Of a stretch of 64,000 bases of DNA, positions 1 to 14,822 are shown piece by piece (within the stretch, counting starts at the first letter, position 1; the number at the start of each line of letters is the position of its first letter). The DNA is from the human T2T-CHM13v2.0 reference genome, Homo sapiens. A model generated the notes under the pieces. It saw only the letters and a list, made by a program, of their open reading frames with translations. It ran no database searches and was not told the DNA's origin. Where the stretch lies: assembly GCF_009914755.1 (NCBI RefSeq), contig NC_060929.1, one strand, 5' to 3'. The translations under genes and the position numbers were made by a program.

Positions 1-470
1 CCAGTGCTGCACCTGTCTCATTATCTTGAGCCTACTTTCTTCTCAATAAAACAAACTCTGCTTGGAAATGATAGCCAGAAAAAAAGTAAATGGAAGCACA
101 GAACTGTTTCCTATCCTAACAGGTATTAAGCTCCTGTTTTCAAAATCTGTTACTTGGTAAGAAAATGTATTCCTTTCACATAGATAGAAATTAAATTATT
201 TTTAAAATGTAAACTATTATCTTCTGCAAAAGCTTTTCCCCCTTAGTGAAAAGCAGAATTAAAAAAACACTAGTGAGTTAACCAAGATCAGATTTATTCT
301 CTTAAAACGTTCCCATACAGTATTTACCCAGCACCTACATTAAGTTGAAAAATATCTTCTAATTCTCGTAGTGCTGAGTTGAAAATATATCTCCCCTATA
401 CTGGCTGTTCTCTACTATGGGCTTAAGGGAATGTTCTTCCTGCTAAAAACAAAAATTGGTATCAATGTAA

Positions 471-794
<324 letters not shown>

Positions 795-1147
795 TAAACA
801 TTTAAAATTAAGATTTTAATTTGTTCAAAAGGGTAAATAATATTTTCCAAATGGTTATTAGACAGAAATGATTTTCAAATGGTTACTTTATTAGACAGAA
901 ATGATGATATAATAGTTCATGGACCATTTCATTTACAAAGATCTGAAATTCCCATTCAACATTTAAAACTTCAAATTATTTTGCCCTAGTTTATTACAGT
1001 CAAAACAGCATCATCTGAAGTACTTTTTATATTTTATCCAAATAATTCCTGGGTAGGTTTATTTTTTAAAATAAATACATAGTGGAAGTCAGAAGACCTG
1101 AGTTCTATTTTTGATATCACTAGAAGATAATTGAACTGCTGCTCTAA

Positions 1148-1500
<353 letters not shown>

Positions 1501-2014
1501 TGAAGGATTAAATAAAGCTGGCCTTGAGCTTTTCTCTGGTGGTATCACCAGAATCACAGTTTTTGCTTTTGTTTTGCTTTATGTGTTTTGTTAGTTTAAC
1601 CATTATTAACTGCTGGGTTATGAGAATTGACAATCTTCAACAAAAACCTTTATATAACAGGGTAAGAGAAAGGCAGGTTTAAAAGGTTTCTTTAGTTGCT
1701 ACTTTTGTCATTACCCTGCCATACATTATTTCAGATATGAGAGCATTTCAGAAACATGGGCTCTGCCAGCCTTCGTCTCTTATTTGTCAAAGATCTTAGA
1801 GCAGGCACACAGCTGACCATGTTTACCTGGACTTCACAAAGCTTTTGGGAAACTCACTAGCAATTATGATGACACCTGGGGAAAAAAAAAATTCCTATCA
1901 GCTGAGTGGTCTCCATAACTTCACACTGCTGGGATGTCTCCAAGGGAAATAGTCATAAAGACACTCTGAAATTTTTACAGAGCTAACTTTCATTGAAAGA
2001 AAAAGGAGGAAATA

Positions 2015-2348
<334 letters not shown>

Positions 2349-2616
2349 TCAATAAATTTTTATTAATTTCAAATGAAGCAAGCAAACATTTACTTGTTAC
2401 TAAACTGCATGCGAGGGACTGGGCTAGATGTGGGGATGTAAAGATGAATGATACAGTCTGTACTCAAGAGGAGATCACATTATAATAGGAGCCTAATGAA
2501 AAACAAATACTAATAAAGCAGTTTTACACCAATCTGCATTGGGAACCAATGGAGATGTAAAAAAAAAATCGTCATAGGCAACTGGGGAGTGGTAGAAGTT
2601 AGAGTTTAAAATGTAG

Positions 2617-2909
2617 CCTGGCATTTTGGGAGGCCGAGGCAGGAGGATTACCTGAGGTCAGGAGTTCGAGATCAGCCTGGCCAACATGGTGAAACCTTGT
2701 CTCTACTAAAAATACAAAAATTAGCCAGGCATGATGGCACACACCTGTAGTCCCAGCTACTTGGGAGGCTGAGGCAGGAGAATTGCTTGAGACTGGAGGT
2801 GGAGGTTGCAGTGAACTGAGATCGTGCCACTCTACTCCAACCTGGCCTGGCTGACAGAGCAAGACTCTGTCTCAAAAAAAAAAAAATAATAATAATAAAA
2901 ATAAAAAAA
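2617..2909 (+). mobile_element. AluS, 5'-eroded
   Basis: Alu dimer body with A-rich tail. Confidence 0.88.
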
Positions 2910-3133
2910 GATAGTCTGGACCAAATTGTGAAGAGCATTACTGATAGTGAATGGGGAATAGTCATTTGAATTTAAAAGAATGACTTCAGTTGGAATTATG
3001 AGAGATAGAATGAGATAAAATGAGAGGGTTGAGTGATCAGTTGGACATGGGAGGCAAAGAAGAAAGAAGAATTAAATACAAATCTGGAATGTATGAGGCC
3101 TTCTCTGATAATCTATGTAAAACAGAAAATCTG

Positions 3134-5092
3134 GGGGGCAGGGAGGGGAGAGAACTTAGAGGATAGGTCAGTAGGTGCAGCAAACCACCACAGCACACAC
3201 ACCCCTATGTAATAAACCACCACAGCACACACACCCCTATGTAATAAACCACCACAGCACACACACCCCTATGTAATAAACCACCACAGCACACACACCC
3301 CTATGTAATAAACCACCACAGCACACACACCCCTATGTAATAAACCACCACAGCACACACACCCCTATGTAATAAACCACCACAGCACACACACCCCTAT
3401 GTAATAAACCACCACAGCACACACACCCCTATGTAATAAACCACCACAGCACACACACCCCTATGTAATAAACCACCACAGCACACACACCCCTATGTAA
3501 TAAACCACCACAGCACACACACCCCTATGTAATAAACCACCACAGCACACACACCCCTATGTAATAAACCACCACAGCACACACACCCCTATGTAATAAA
3601 CCACCACAGCACACACACCCCTATGTAATAAACCACCACAGCACACACACCCCTATGTAATAAACCACCACAGCACACACACCCCTATGTAATAAACCAC
3701 CACAGCACACACACACGCCTATGTAATAAACCACCACAGCACACACACCCCTATGTAATAAACCACCACAGCACACACCCCTATGTAATAAACCACCACA
3801 GCACACACACACGCCTATGTAATAAACCACCACAGCACACACACCCCTATGTAATAAACCACCACAGCACACACACCCCTATGTAATAAACCACCACAGC
3901 ACACACACCCCTATGTAATAAACCACCACAGCACACACACCCCTATGTAATAAACCACCACAGCACACACACCCCTATGTAATAAACCACCACAGCACAC
4001 ACACCCCTATGTAATAAACCACCACAGCACACACACACGCCTATGTAATAAACCACCACAGCACACACACCTATGTAACAAACCGCCACAGCACACACAC
4101 CTATGTAATAAACCACCACAGCACACACACCCCTATGTAATAAACCACCACAGCACACACACCCCTATGTAATAAACCACCACAGCACACACACACGCCT
4201 ATGTAATAAACCACCACAGCACACACACCTATGTAACAAACCGCCACAGCACACACACCTATGTAATAAACCACCACAGCACACACACCCCTATGTAATA
4301 AACCACCACAGCACACACACCCCTATGTAATAAACCACCACAGCACACACACCCCTATGTAATAAACCACCACAGCACACACACCCCTATGTAATAAACC
4401 ACCACAGCACACACACCCCTATGTAATAAACCACCACAGCACACACACCCCTATGTAATAAACCACCACAGCACACACACCCCTATGTAATAAACCACCA
4501 CAGCACACACACACGCCTATGTAATAAACCACCACAGCACACACACCTATGTAACAAACCGCCACAGCACACACACCTATGTAATAAACCACCACAGTGC
4601 ACCCACCCCTATGTAATAAGCCACCACAGCACACACACCCCTATGTAATAAACCACCACAGCACACACACACGCCTATGTAATAAACCACCACAGCACAC
4701 ACACCTATGTAACAAACTGCCACAGCACACACACCTATGTAATAAACCACCACAGCGCACACACACACCTATGTAATAAACCACCACAGTGCACCCACCC
4801 CTATGTAATAAACCACCACAGCACACACACACCTATGTGACAAACCACCACAGCACACACACACACCTATGTGACAAACTGCCACAGTGCACATACCGCT
4901 ATGTGACAAACCGCCACAGCACGCACACACACCCCTATGTGACAAACCACCACAGCACACACACACACCTATGTGACAAACCACCACAGCACACACACCC
5001 CATGTGACAAACTGCCACAGCACACATACACACCTATGTAACAAACCTGTGAGTTCTGCACATGTATCCCGGAACTCAAAAACAACAACAAC
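3134..5092 (+). mobile_element. 5'-truncated L1PA 3' end hosting a minisatellite
   Basis: GAACTTAGAGGATAGGTCAGTAGGTGCAGCAAACC before the array and ACAAACCTGTGAGTTCTGCACATGTATCCCGGAACT plus A-rich tail after it; TSD AAACAGAA(A/T)ATCTG at 3120-3133 and 5093-5106. Confidence 0.85.
3181..5047 (+). repeat. 32-bp minisatellite (VNTR), roughly 58-60 units
   Basis: Unit CTATGTAATAAACCACCACAGCACACACACCC (CTATG at 3301 and 3333); 30- and 34-bp variants from (CA)n slippage. Confidence 0.97.
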
Positions 5093-5154
5093 AAACAGAA
5101 TATCTGTCAGTCACTACCCCTTTATTCTCCTTCATTTTTTTCCACTGAACTTGA

Positions 5155-5181
5155 CACACACATACACACACACACACACAC
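5155..5181 (+). repeat. (CA)n microsatellite
   Basis: Interrupted CA run. Confidence 0.85.
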
Positions 5182-6679
5182 AATTTATTGTCTATTTCAC
5201 TGGAATGTAAGATCCATGAGGAAAGGGATTTTGCTTTGTTTACTGTTGTATCCTCAGGGCCTACTATACGAAAAAATATTTTTGAAGGGATGCATGAAAT
5301 GACTAGCTTAAGAGAGTAAGTGGTTTGCAATATGATCAACTAAAATAGAAAATATAGAAAGGAAGGTAGACTTGCAAGGATAGGTGATAGATTCTTTTTG
5401 AGTCATGATGATTTTGAGGTCCCACTGTGAATATATGGTCTGGAACTTGTAGAGACGCTGGGATTGGAGATTAATATTTGAAAGTCATGGGTGTTTAGGT
5501 ATCAGCAAAAGAATGAATTTTGAATCAGGGGGACATGATAAACTGTGTGGATCTTAGAGAGCTGCATGAGAAAGAGTTTGGTGTGACTTCTGGCCATTAG
5601 AAGTACATTCTCCATTATCTGCCTCCACTTCATGGGATTTGTAGGTAATGCTTTACCTCTGGTAAGGCCTTGGGGAATGCTATTCCTGCAGCCATGCCTA
5701 ATATATTTTGTCTTGTTCAGCTGAAAGACTCCAGTTTGCTTTAAAGGTGACAACTTATATATACATTCTCAATTGTTGACACCGTTTTGATATTGTTTGC
5801 TGAGGATTTCTGCTCTTCCACAAGCCACTTGAAATAACTACTCTTTAAACACACACATACACACACCCATGGCAAGTCATGTGATAAACCTTGAAAGTCA
5901 CAATGAATACAACAGGAATAAGTAACTTGAAATCTCAAGAGAGATTCAATGGAAACAAAGATGTTCCGTAGTTCAATATTTAAGACCGTTAGCAGGAAGC
6001 AATGATTTTCCTTGTTTTTGAGTATTAACTAGTAGAGCTCATACTTTTTGTTCTTCAAAATAACAAGTACAAAATGGTCTTGTAATAAGCAAAACCCATG
6101 CCAGCTTCCATCTCAAGCCATTTTCCAGTGTTAACTTTAGTGAAACATTATCTGGAAGAGCTATCTCTCAATTGACCGCCATTATGAATGTATCTCGAGT
6201 TTTCATTCTTTTCACAGTGATTTGAAAGCTTTTACATATTTCATTAGCAAAACAAACTGTAGGATAATTCACTCCAACTGATTTTTAAGCAAACTGGAGT
6301 CTGAATAATACAGTGTATTAAATAGCATTGAGAGTTGGATACAATGAATATCAAGCATACTATCCGTTGCATCATATTTGTTATAGGCTAAGACTAGTTG
6401 CTATAGGCTAAGACTCATCTGTCAAGGTTCAAGTTGGATAAATTATGTTATTCAGTTACTACATATGTTCATTATATTTCATTTAAAATGTGATTATTTA
6501 TATGACTATTAAAATGTACTCTCCCAATGATCTTCGTAGATTATATTCCTTTCAAGAAATGTTACCACTTTAGGAGAGCCACCTCTGTACTTAGAGCAGT
6601 AGTTCTGAGCATTATACAAATGTCAGTTACAGTGTTAGACACTTTCAGACTGTTTCCCTCGACCGCCCTGCAGCCTTTT

Positions 6680-6815
6680 AAAGTTTTTAAATTTTTGGTA
6701 GAGTTAGGGTCTTGCCATGTTGCCCAAGCGAATCTGAAACTCCTGGGCTCAAGCAATCCTCCTGCCTTGGCTTCCCAAAGTGCTAGGATTATAGGCATGA
6801 ACCACTGCGCCCAGC
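6680..6815 (-). mobile_element. Alu left monomer (FLAM/AluJ)
   Basis: Single antisense arm ...GGGCTCAAGCAATCCTCCTGCC... Confidence 0.8.
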
Positions 6816-7229
6816 CTCTCTTTCCTTCTGAAGGTTTCACCCACTTCCCAGACCGAGCCTTCTCTACCATCTTTGTCAGGCTGGCTGAAATCCGAGTAGA
6901 ATGCCCAGGCTTGAAAAGGGATAATCTGACTTCTTTTCCAATTCATATGCCCTATGTACTGCATCACGCCCCAACTCTGGGCTTGGATGAAACACTGCAT
7001 ACACCATGCAGAATTGAGTTTGGCCTCCTGAGTGGCTGCTGAAGGGCTTGATGAAACTACTCAAAAATGTCGATGAGTTAGCTTTCTGTGGGGAGATTCT
7101 TGATTAATAGGAACTAGGAAACAGAGGGAGGCAGGCAGCAAGATTCTCCCTCCCATGGAAACTCTGAGATGCAGTTCTTCCTTGCAGCCCTTCTGGAGAA
7201 TTCTCATGTGCTAGGCAGCACGTGGCTGA

Positions 7230-7763
<534 letters not shown>

Positions 7764-8596
7764 TAAATATATTTAGGGGACAAAAGTACAGATTTTGCAT
7801 AGTAGTGAAGTCTGGGTTTTTAGTGTACCCATCATCTGAATAGCGAACACTGTGCTCAATAGCTGATTTAACAACCCTCATTCGCCTCCCACACTCCCAC
7901 CTTGTGCAGTCTTCAGTGTCTATTATTCTACTCTGTGTGTCCATATGTTCCTACTGTTTAGCTCCCACTTATAAGTGAGAACATGCAATATTTGACTTTC
8001 TGAGTTATTTCAGTTAGGATAATGTCCTGCAGTTCTATCCATGTTGCTGCAAAATATATGACTTCATTCTTTTTTATGGCAGAGTAGTATTCCATGATGA
8101 GTGTGTGTGTGTGTGTATATATATACAAACATCACATATTCTTGATCCAATCTTCGGCTGATGGACACTTAGCTTAAGTATATATCTTTGCTATTGTGAA
8201 TAGTGCTGTGATAAACATGTGAGTGCAAGTATCTTTTTGATATGTTGATTTCTGTCCCTTCAGGTATATACCTACTGGTGAGATTGCTGGGTGAAATGGT
8301 AGTTCTATTTTAGTTCTTTGAGAAATCTCCATATTGTTTTCCATAAAGGTTGTGCTAATTTACATTCCCACCAACAATGCGTAAAACATTCCCTTTTCTC
8401 CACATCTTTGCCAACATCTTTCGTTTTCTGACGTTTTAATGATAGCCATTCTGGGTGGCATAAGATGGTATCTCATTATGATTTTAATTTGCATTTCTCT
8501 GATGATTAGTGATGTTGAGCATTTTTTCATATGCTTGTTGGTCACTTGCATGTCTGCTTTTGAGAAATGTCTGTTCCTGTCCTTTGCCCATTTTTT

Positions 8597-10569
8597 TTTT
8601 CAAGGAATATTTCATAACAAGGTAGGTAACATGTTTATCTAACAGGAATTTTATGTCACTGCCACTAAATCAAAATATCCTGTTCACTGGGTAAAAGACC
8701 TGCTTTATGTGTGTACACTTCAGTACAATTAAAAAAATACTGTAATTATAATTCAGAACTTCTGAATTTCAACTGATGCCAGTGTTCTCTCCTTTTTTCA
8801 TATGGGAAAATTCCTCTGAAAATTATTTGAAGCTTGGACAAAAATTCCACAGCTGTATTCCTCCGGATCACTTTGCAGAGTCTTCAAGATTCAGATAGAG
8901 GGGAAGCTTCAATTCAACCTTTCAGAGAAAACATTCCAGCTTGCATGATCTCATCAACCAAGAGAATGTTGGTGGCAATCACAGTGCAGGAGTGAAGAAG
9001 CTGTTTCTTTACACAATAGTTATCCCATATGCCTACTTCTGCTGCTACCATTGGCTCACCTGTATCCAGGTCCACACCCACAAGCTGACCTGATTCTGAA
9101 CATTCTGCTTGAATTTTAACTAATGTTTCCTGAAGGTCAAAACCAGAGTTCTGATCAAGAACCTTTGGAATAATGAGCAACACATCAGCAAATGCTTGGA
9201 CTCCAAGCTGTGCCCTGCCCTTTACACTGGGCTTATATTTAATCAGGGCTTCTGCCATTGCTACTTCCACAGCACCAGCACCTGGAAACACACAGCCCTC
9301 ATCAATAGGATTTTTGACAGCCCTCAAGCCATCCCTTACTGCATCTTTGGAGCTGAGTGAGTGTGTACTTATTTGGTCCTTTGTTTAATAATGTGACAGA
9401 GCGAGTATTGTTACATTTCTCAATAAAGGTGAACTTCTCTTCTCCCAATATATATTTATATACAAGTCCTGCATGTCCCAAGCAGTCAGGATTTAGGTTT
9501 TCAAAAGAATTCAGGGCTACCTCACCAGAAGCAAGAGTCAGCCCCTCGATATTTCTCCTTTTAGCTCTGTGAAGAGTGACTATGTGTTCTTTTGCAAGAG
9601 CATCTAAGGAAAGGGGGTCAATTCCCTCTTGATTAATAGCAACAAATCCTTTATCTGAATCACCACAGACTTTCCTTTTCAGTTCTATTTTTTAACTCTT
9701 ATCTTCAATGAATTTTCTTTCAGCTTTTATGAGTTTTTCTCTCATTTCTGCAGTCTTGTAAAAAAAGCCAGAATTCACTTATGTTTTTTCATATTCTAAT
9801 GACACGTTACACTTGAGAATGTATACATCCTCCACCCTTTTCTTCATATCAGGATGCCATGCTCCGTGGTCCAAAACAAGCCCTCTGATTAAGCTTGTAT
9901 CAGTTTCAGATTTATGTTTCATCTCCATGATCACAACCATGAAGAGATCAATAGGTTCATCTTGTCTTTTAATGGCCAAAATGGAGTCCACTACAGCCTC
10001 TGTTAAGGCATCTGCAAGTTCAGCATGAACTTTAGTATGAAGAGATGTTCTGGCCACATTTATAAGTGTTTCCCTGTCCATCTCTTTCCTTATTTTGACT
10101 TCTTCCAAAAACCGAAGGGCCTTTTCCTTTGCAGCTTCAAATCCTTCAGTAATTATTCTGAGATGAAGGCCTTCAGAAATGTAGAGATCCGCCTGTTTCA
10201 GTAGCTTTTCAATGATTAGGACATTGGAAGTTGTACTATCACCAGTTATATCATCCTGGGCTGTTGCTACCTTTGCTATTAAGGAAGCTGTTGTGTGTTG
10301 AACTTGCATTTCGTGAAACAGCACATTGCCATCTTTTTAGTAAGCTTGATGTCTCCAGCGCCAGAAACAAGCATATTCATTGTGCCCTTGGGCCCCAGGT
10401 TGGTTCCCAGCACGTCCTGCAGACCCTGCATTATGCTGATGTTGACCGCTAGCGCCACCTCCGTTCGGGCCACCTCAGCCTTGGGGTTTAGGGTCTTCAC
10501 CACTGCCATAGCTGCTGCAGTAGAGGAAAAGGAAGCGATGCGGCATGGACAGCCTAGAGCCGGTGTGGC
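8597..10569 (-). pseudogene. CCT6P2: Processed pseudogene of CCT6A (chaperonin TCP-1 zeta), disrupted
   Basis: Intronless CCT6A-like peptides ([15 protein letters not shown]..., ...[16 protein letters not shown]) split over frames 10279-10509, 9779-10324 and 8914-9327 by frameshifts and a stop; 5' and 3' UTRs present; TSD CCTTTGCC(C/T)ATTTTTT at 8581-8596 and 10570-10585. Symbol from recall of the locus. Confidence 0.93.
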
Positions 10570-10938
10570 CCTTTGCCTATTTTTTAATGGGGTTACTTTC
10601 TTCTAGGATTTTTAGTTTCTGCTCTTGTGTTTGGGTCTTGAATCCAACTTGAGTTACTAATTTTTGCATATGGTGAGATGTATGGCTCCAGTTTCATTCT
10701 TCTATATATGGCTATCCAGTTTTCTCAGCACCAGTTAGTGAATAGCGTGTCCTTTCCCCAGCGTATATTTTTGTTGACTTTGTCAAAGATCAGTTGCTTG
10801 TAAGTATGTGGCTTTATTTCTGGGTTATCTATTCTGCTCCATTGATCTATGTGTTTATTTTTTATACCACACCATGCTGTTTTTGTTACTATAGCCTTGT
10901 TATATAATTTGAAGTCAGGTAATGTCATGCCTCCAGCT

Positions 10939-11317
<379 letters not shown>

Positions 11318-11458
11318 TAGGATTGCCTTGGCTGTTCAGGCTCTTTTTAGATTCCATATGAATTTTAGGATAGTTTTTTATTTATTTTATTTTTTTTTAG
11401 TTTTTTCTAATTCTGTGAAAAATGTATGTTTTTGATAGGGATTGCAGTGAATCTATAG

Positions 11459-11700
<242 letters not shown>

Positions 11701-11986
11701 AGGTGGTACAGTCATTTTAATGATATTGATTCTTCTAATCCATGAGCATGGGATATTTTTCCATTTGTTTGTGTCATCTACAATTTCATTTATCAGTATT
11801 TTGTAGTTCTCCTTATAGAAATTATTCACCTCACTTGTTAAACATATTCCTAGGTATTTTATTTTGTTTGTAGCTATTGTAAATAGAGTTGCCTCCTTAA
11901 CTTGGTCCTCAGCTAAATCACTGATGTAGACAAACACTACTGATTTCTGTACATTAATTTTGTACCCTGAAGCTTTACTGAATTCA

Positions 11987-12367
<381 letters not shown>

Positions 12368-13466
12368 TCATCAGCCAATAGGAATAATTTGACTTCCTCT
12401 TTTCCAAATTGGATGCCTTTTTTTTCTCTTGCCTGACTGCTCTGGCAACGACTTACAGTACTATATTGAATAAGATTTGGTGAAAGAGGATATCCCTGTC
12501 TTGTTCCAGTTCTTGGAGGGAACGCTTTCAAGTTTTCCTTGTTAAGTACGATGCTGGCTATAGGTTTGTTATATACTGCCTTTATTAAGGTGAGGTATGC
12601 TCCTTCTATGCCTAGTTTGTTGAGGATTTTTATCATGAAGGGATGTTGAATTTTATCAAATGCTTTTTCTGTATCTATTGAGATGATCATTTGGTATTTG
12701 TCCATTTGTATATGTGATGTATCACATTTATTGATTTGCATATGTTTGAACCATCCCTGCATCCCTGGGATAAATTCTATGTAATCCTGGTGTATTATCT
12801 TTTTGCTGTGCTGTTGGATTCAATTTGCTGGTATTTTGTTGAGGGTTTTTTTTTTTTTTTTTGCATCTAATTTCATCAGGGATATTGGTCTATAGTTCTT
12901 TTTCTTATTGTGTCCTTGTCCGTTTCTTCATATCAGAGTGATACTGGCCTCATAGAATGAGTTAGGGAGAATTCTTTCCTCCTTTTATGGAATAGTTTCA
13001 TGAAGATTGGTATTAACTCCTCTTGGTATCTATCTTTGTGTGTTTGGTAGAATTTGGCTCAGTTAATAAAAATCTTACCCCCACAAAAAAAGCCCAAAAC
13101 CAGATGGTGAATCCGTCTGGTTTTGGGCTTTTCTGGGGTTGGGGGAGATTTTTTATTACTGATTCAATCTTGTTACTCATTATTGGTATGTTTGGGGGTT
13201 TTTTTTCCTTCTTTATTTTTAAAATTTGTGTGGGTACATAGTAGGTGTCTATATTTATGGGATACATGAGATGTTTTGATACAGGCATGCAATGTGAAAT
13301 AAATACATCATGGGGAATGGGATATCCATCCCCTCAAGCATTTATTCTTTGAGTTACAAGCAATCCAATTACACTCTAAGTTATTTTAATATTCCAGGAT
13401 TTAATTTCTTCCTAGTTCAATCTTGGGAGGTTGCTTGTTTCCAGGAATTTAACCACTGGAAAATAA

Positions 13467-13762
13467 TTTTTTTTTTTTTTTGAGACGGAGTTTTGCTTTT
13501 GTTGCCCAAGGTAGAGTGCAATGGCGCAATCTTGATTCACTGCAACCTCCGCCTCCTGGGTTCAAGTCATTCTGCCTCAGCCTCCTGAGTAGCTGGGATT
13601 ATAGGTGTGCGCCACCACGCCTGGCTAATTTTTTGTATTTTTAGTAGAAATGGGGTTTCACCATGTTAGCCAGGCTGGTCTCGAACTCCTGGCCTCAGGT
13701 GATCTGCCCGTCTCAGCCTCCCAAAGTGCTAGGATTACAGGCGTGAGCTACCACACCTGGCC
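13467..13762 (-). mobile_element. AluS (Sp/Sq-like)
   Basis: Full antisense dimer with poly(T). Confidence 0.9.
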
Positions 13763-13769
13763 AAGAAAA

Positions 13770-14822
13770 TCTTAAATGTGGTCTGGCAATCCTTCAGTGG
13801 ATCTATGAGGTCAAAACCAATTTCTTAATAATACTAAATGTTATTTGTCTTATTCACTCTCAATCTCTCATGAATATATTGTGGAGTTTTCCAGAGTATG
13901 ATATTGCAGCTGTTTGAATACAGAAGCAGACCTGAAAAATCTAGCTTCATTCTGTTAAGGCAGATATTAAAGAGATTTGCAGAAGTTGAAACAATGTTAC
14001 TTTTCTCACCACTTTTCAGTTTTGGAAAATACAGGTTTTCAATATAAAAAAGTTACTTATGGTAACGTGACATGAGTTATTTTTTTAAAAATTAGTATCT
14101 ATTAAAAATTTCCCCAATTTTAATATATAATCCAATAAATATCAATATGTAGAACCCACATAAACAAAAACACATTAAGGTCCTGTTTTAAAATGCAGGT
14201 TTTATTATCATTCAGGTATAGTGAGGCCAATAGATCAGGAGATGACTGCCATTGAAAGGATAGTTTGTTACTCACAGTTCCCAAAAGGAAGGAGCACACA
14301 CCACAGCATTCAGGGCCACACAAGGAAGCACCAGGGTCTGCTGGGAGGCAGGAATGAGGGGAAAGCATGGGCAAGAGCCTTGATTGTGATGTGTGCATTC
14401 AGGAATGGGTGAGAAAGGGTAAGCAGGCTTAGAATCAGCTAATTTGAATAATTTCAGCGGGCTCCAGGGTTGTCTCAGAGTGGTCTGGTACCTTGCCCTC
14501 AGGTGATTAAGACAGGGGAATAGTGCTCTGAAGTTGAGTAGCCCTGTGAGAGTCTGAGAAAGGGAACAGCTGGGGGTATGGGCTTTTGATTGGATGGTTT
14601 GCATATACAAGTGTGGTCACAGGATAATTGTTTTCCATCTCTAGGAATAATTAGCTACCTCTGGGAGGGGTAGCCTTTGCCTGGTCAGCAAGGCCCCAGA
14701 CACCAAAGCATACAAAGGATACAGAAATGTAAAACATACAGTTACTACAAGTCCTTAATAATTTTTAAGAGTATAAATAATGTAGGGATGTTCTGAGACT
14801 AAAATGCTTGTGAGCTTCTGGG
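13770..14822. mobile_element. hAT/Charlie1-like DNA transposon remnant split by an LTR
   Basis: Resembles recalled Charlie1a ends; sequence resumes after the LTR (GTCCTTAATAATTTTTAAGAGT). Confidence 0.5.
14184..14749. mobile_element. Solo LTR (MER21-like)
   Basis: TG...CA termini with near-TSD GGTCC/AGTCC; family assignment from recall. Confidence 0.6.

Noticed and set aside
3621-5044. Cys-rich ORFs (CCGGLLHRGVC...) resembling keratin-associated or metallothionein proteins
   Set aside because: Translations of the minisatellite; the 32-bp unit cycles through frames and hits stops
3181-5047. CRISPR-like look of the 32-bp array
   Set aside because: Units are head-to-tail with no unique spacers, no cas genes are present, and the unit derives from L1
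6382-6415. TATAGGCTAAGACT repeated at 20-bp spacing, and a similar short duplication near 850-905
   Set aside because: Ordinary local slippage duplications with no other signal
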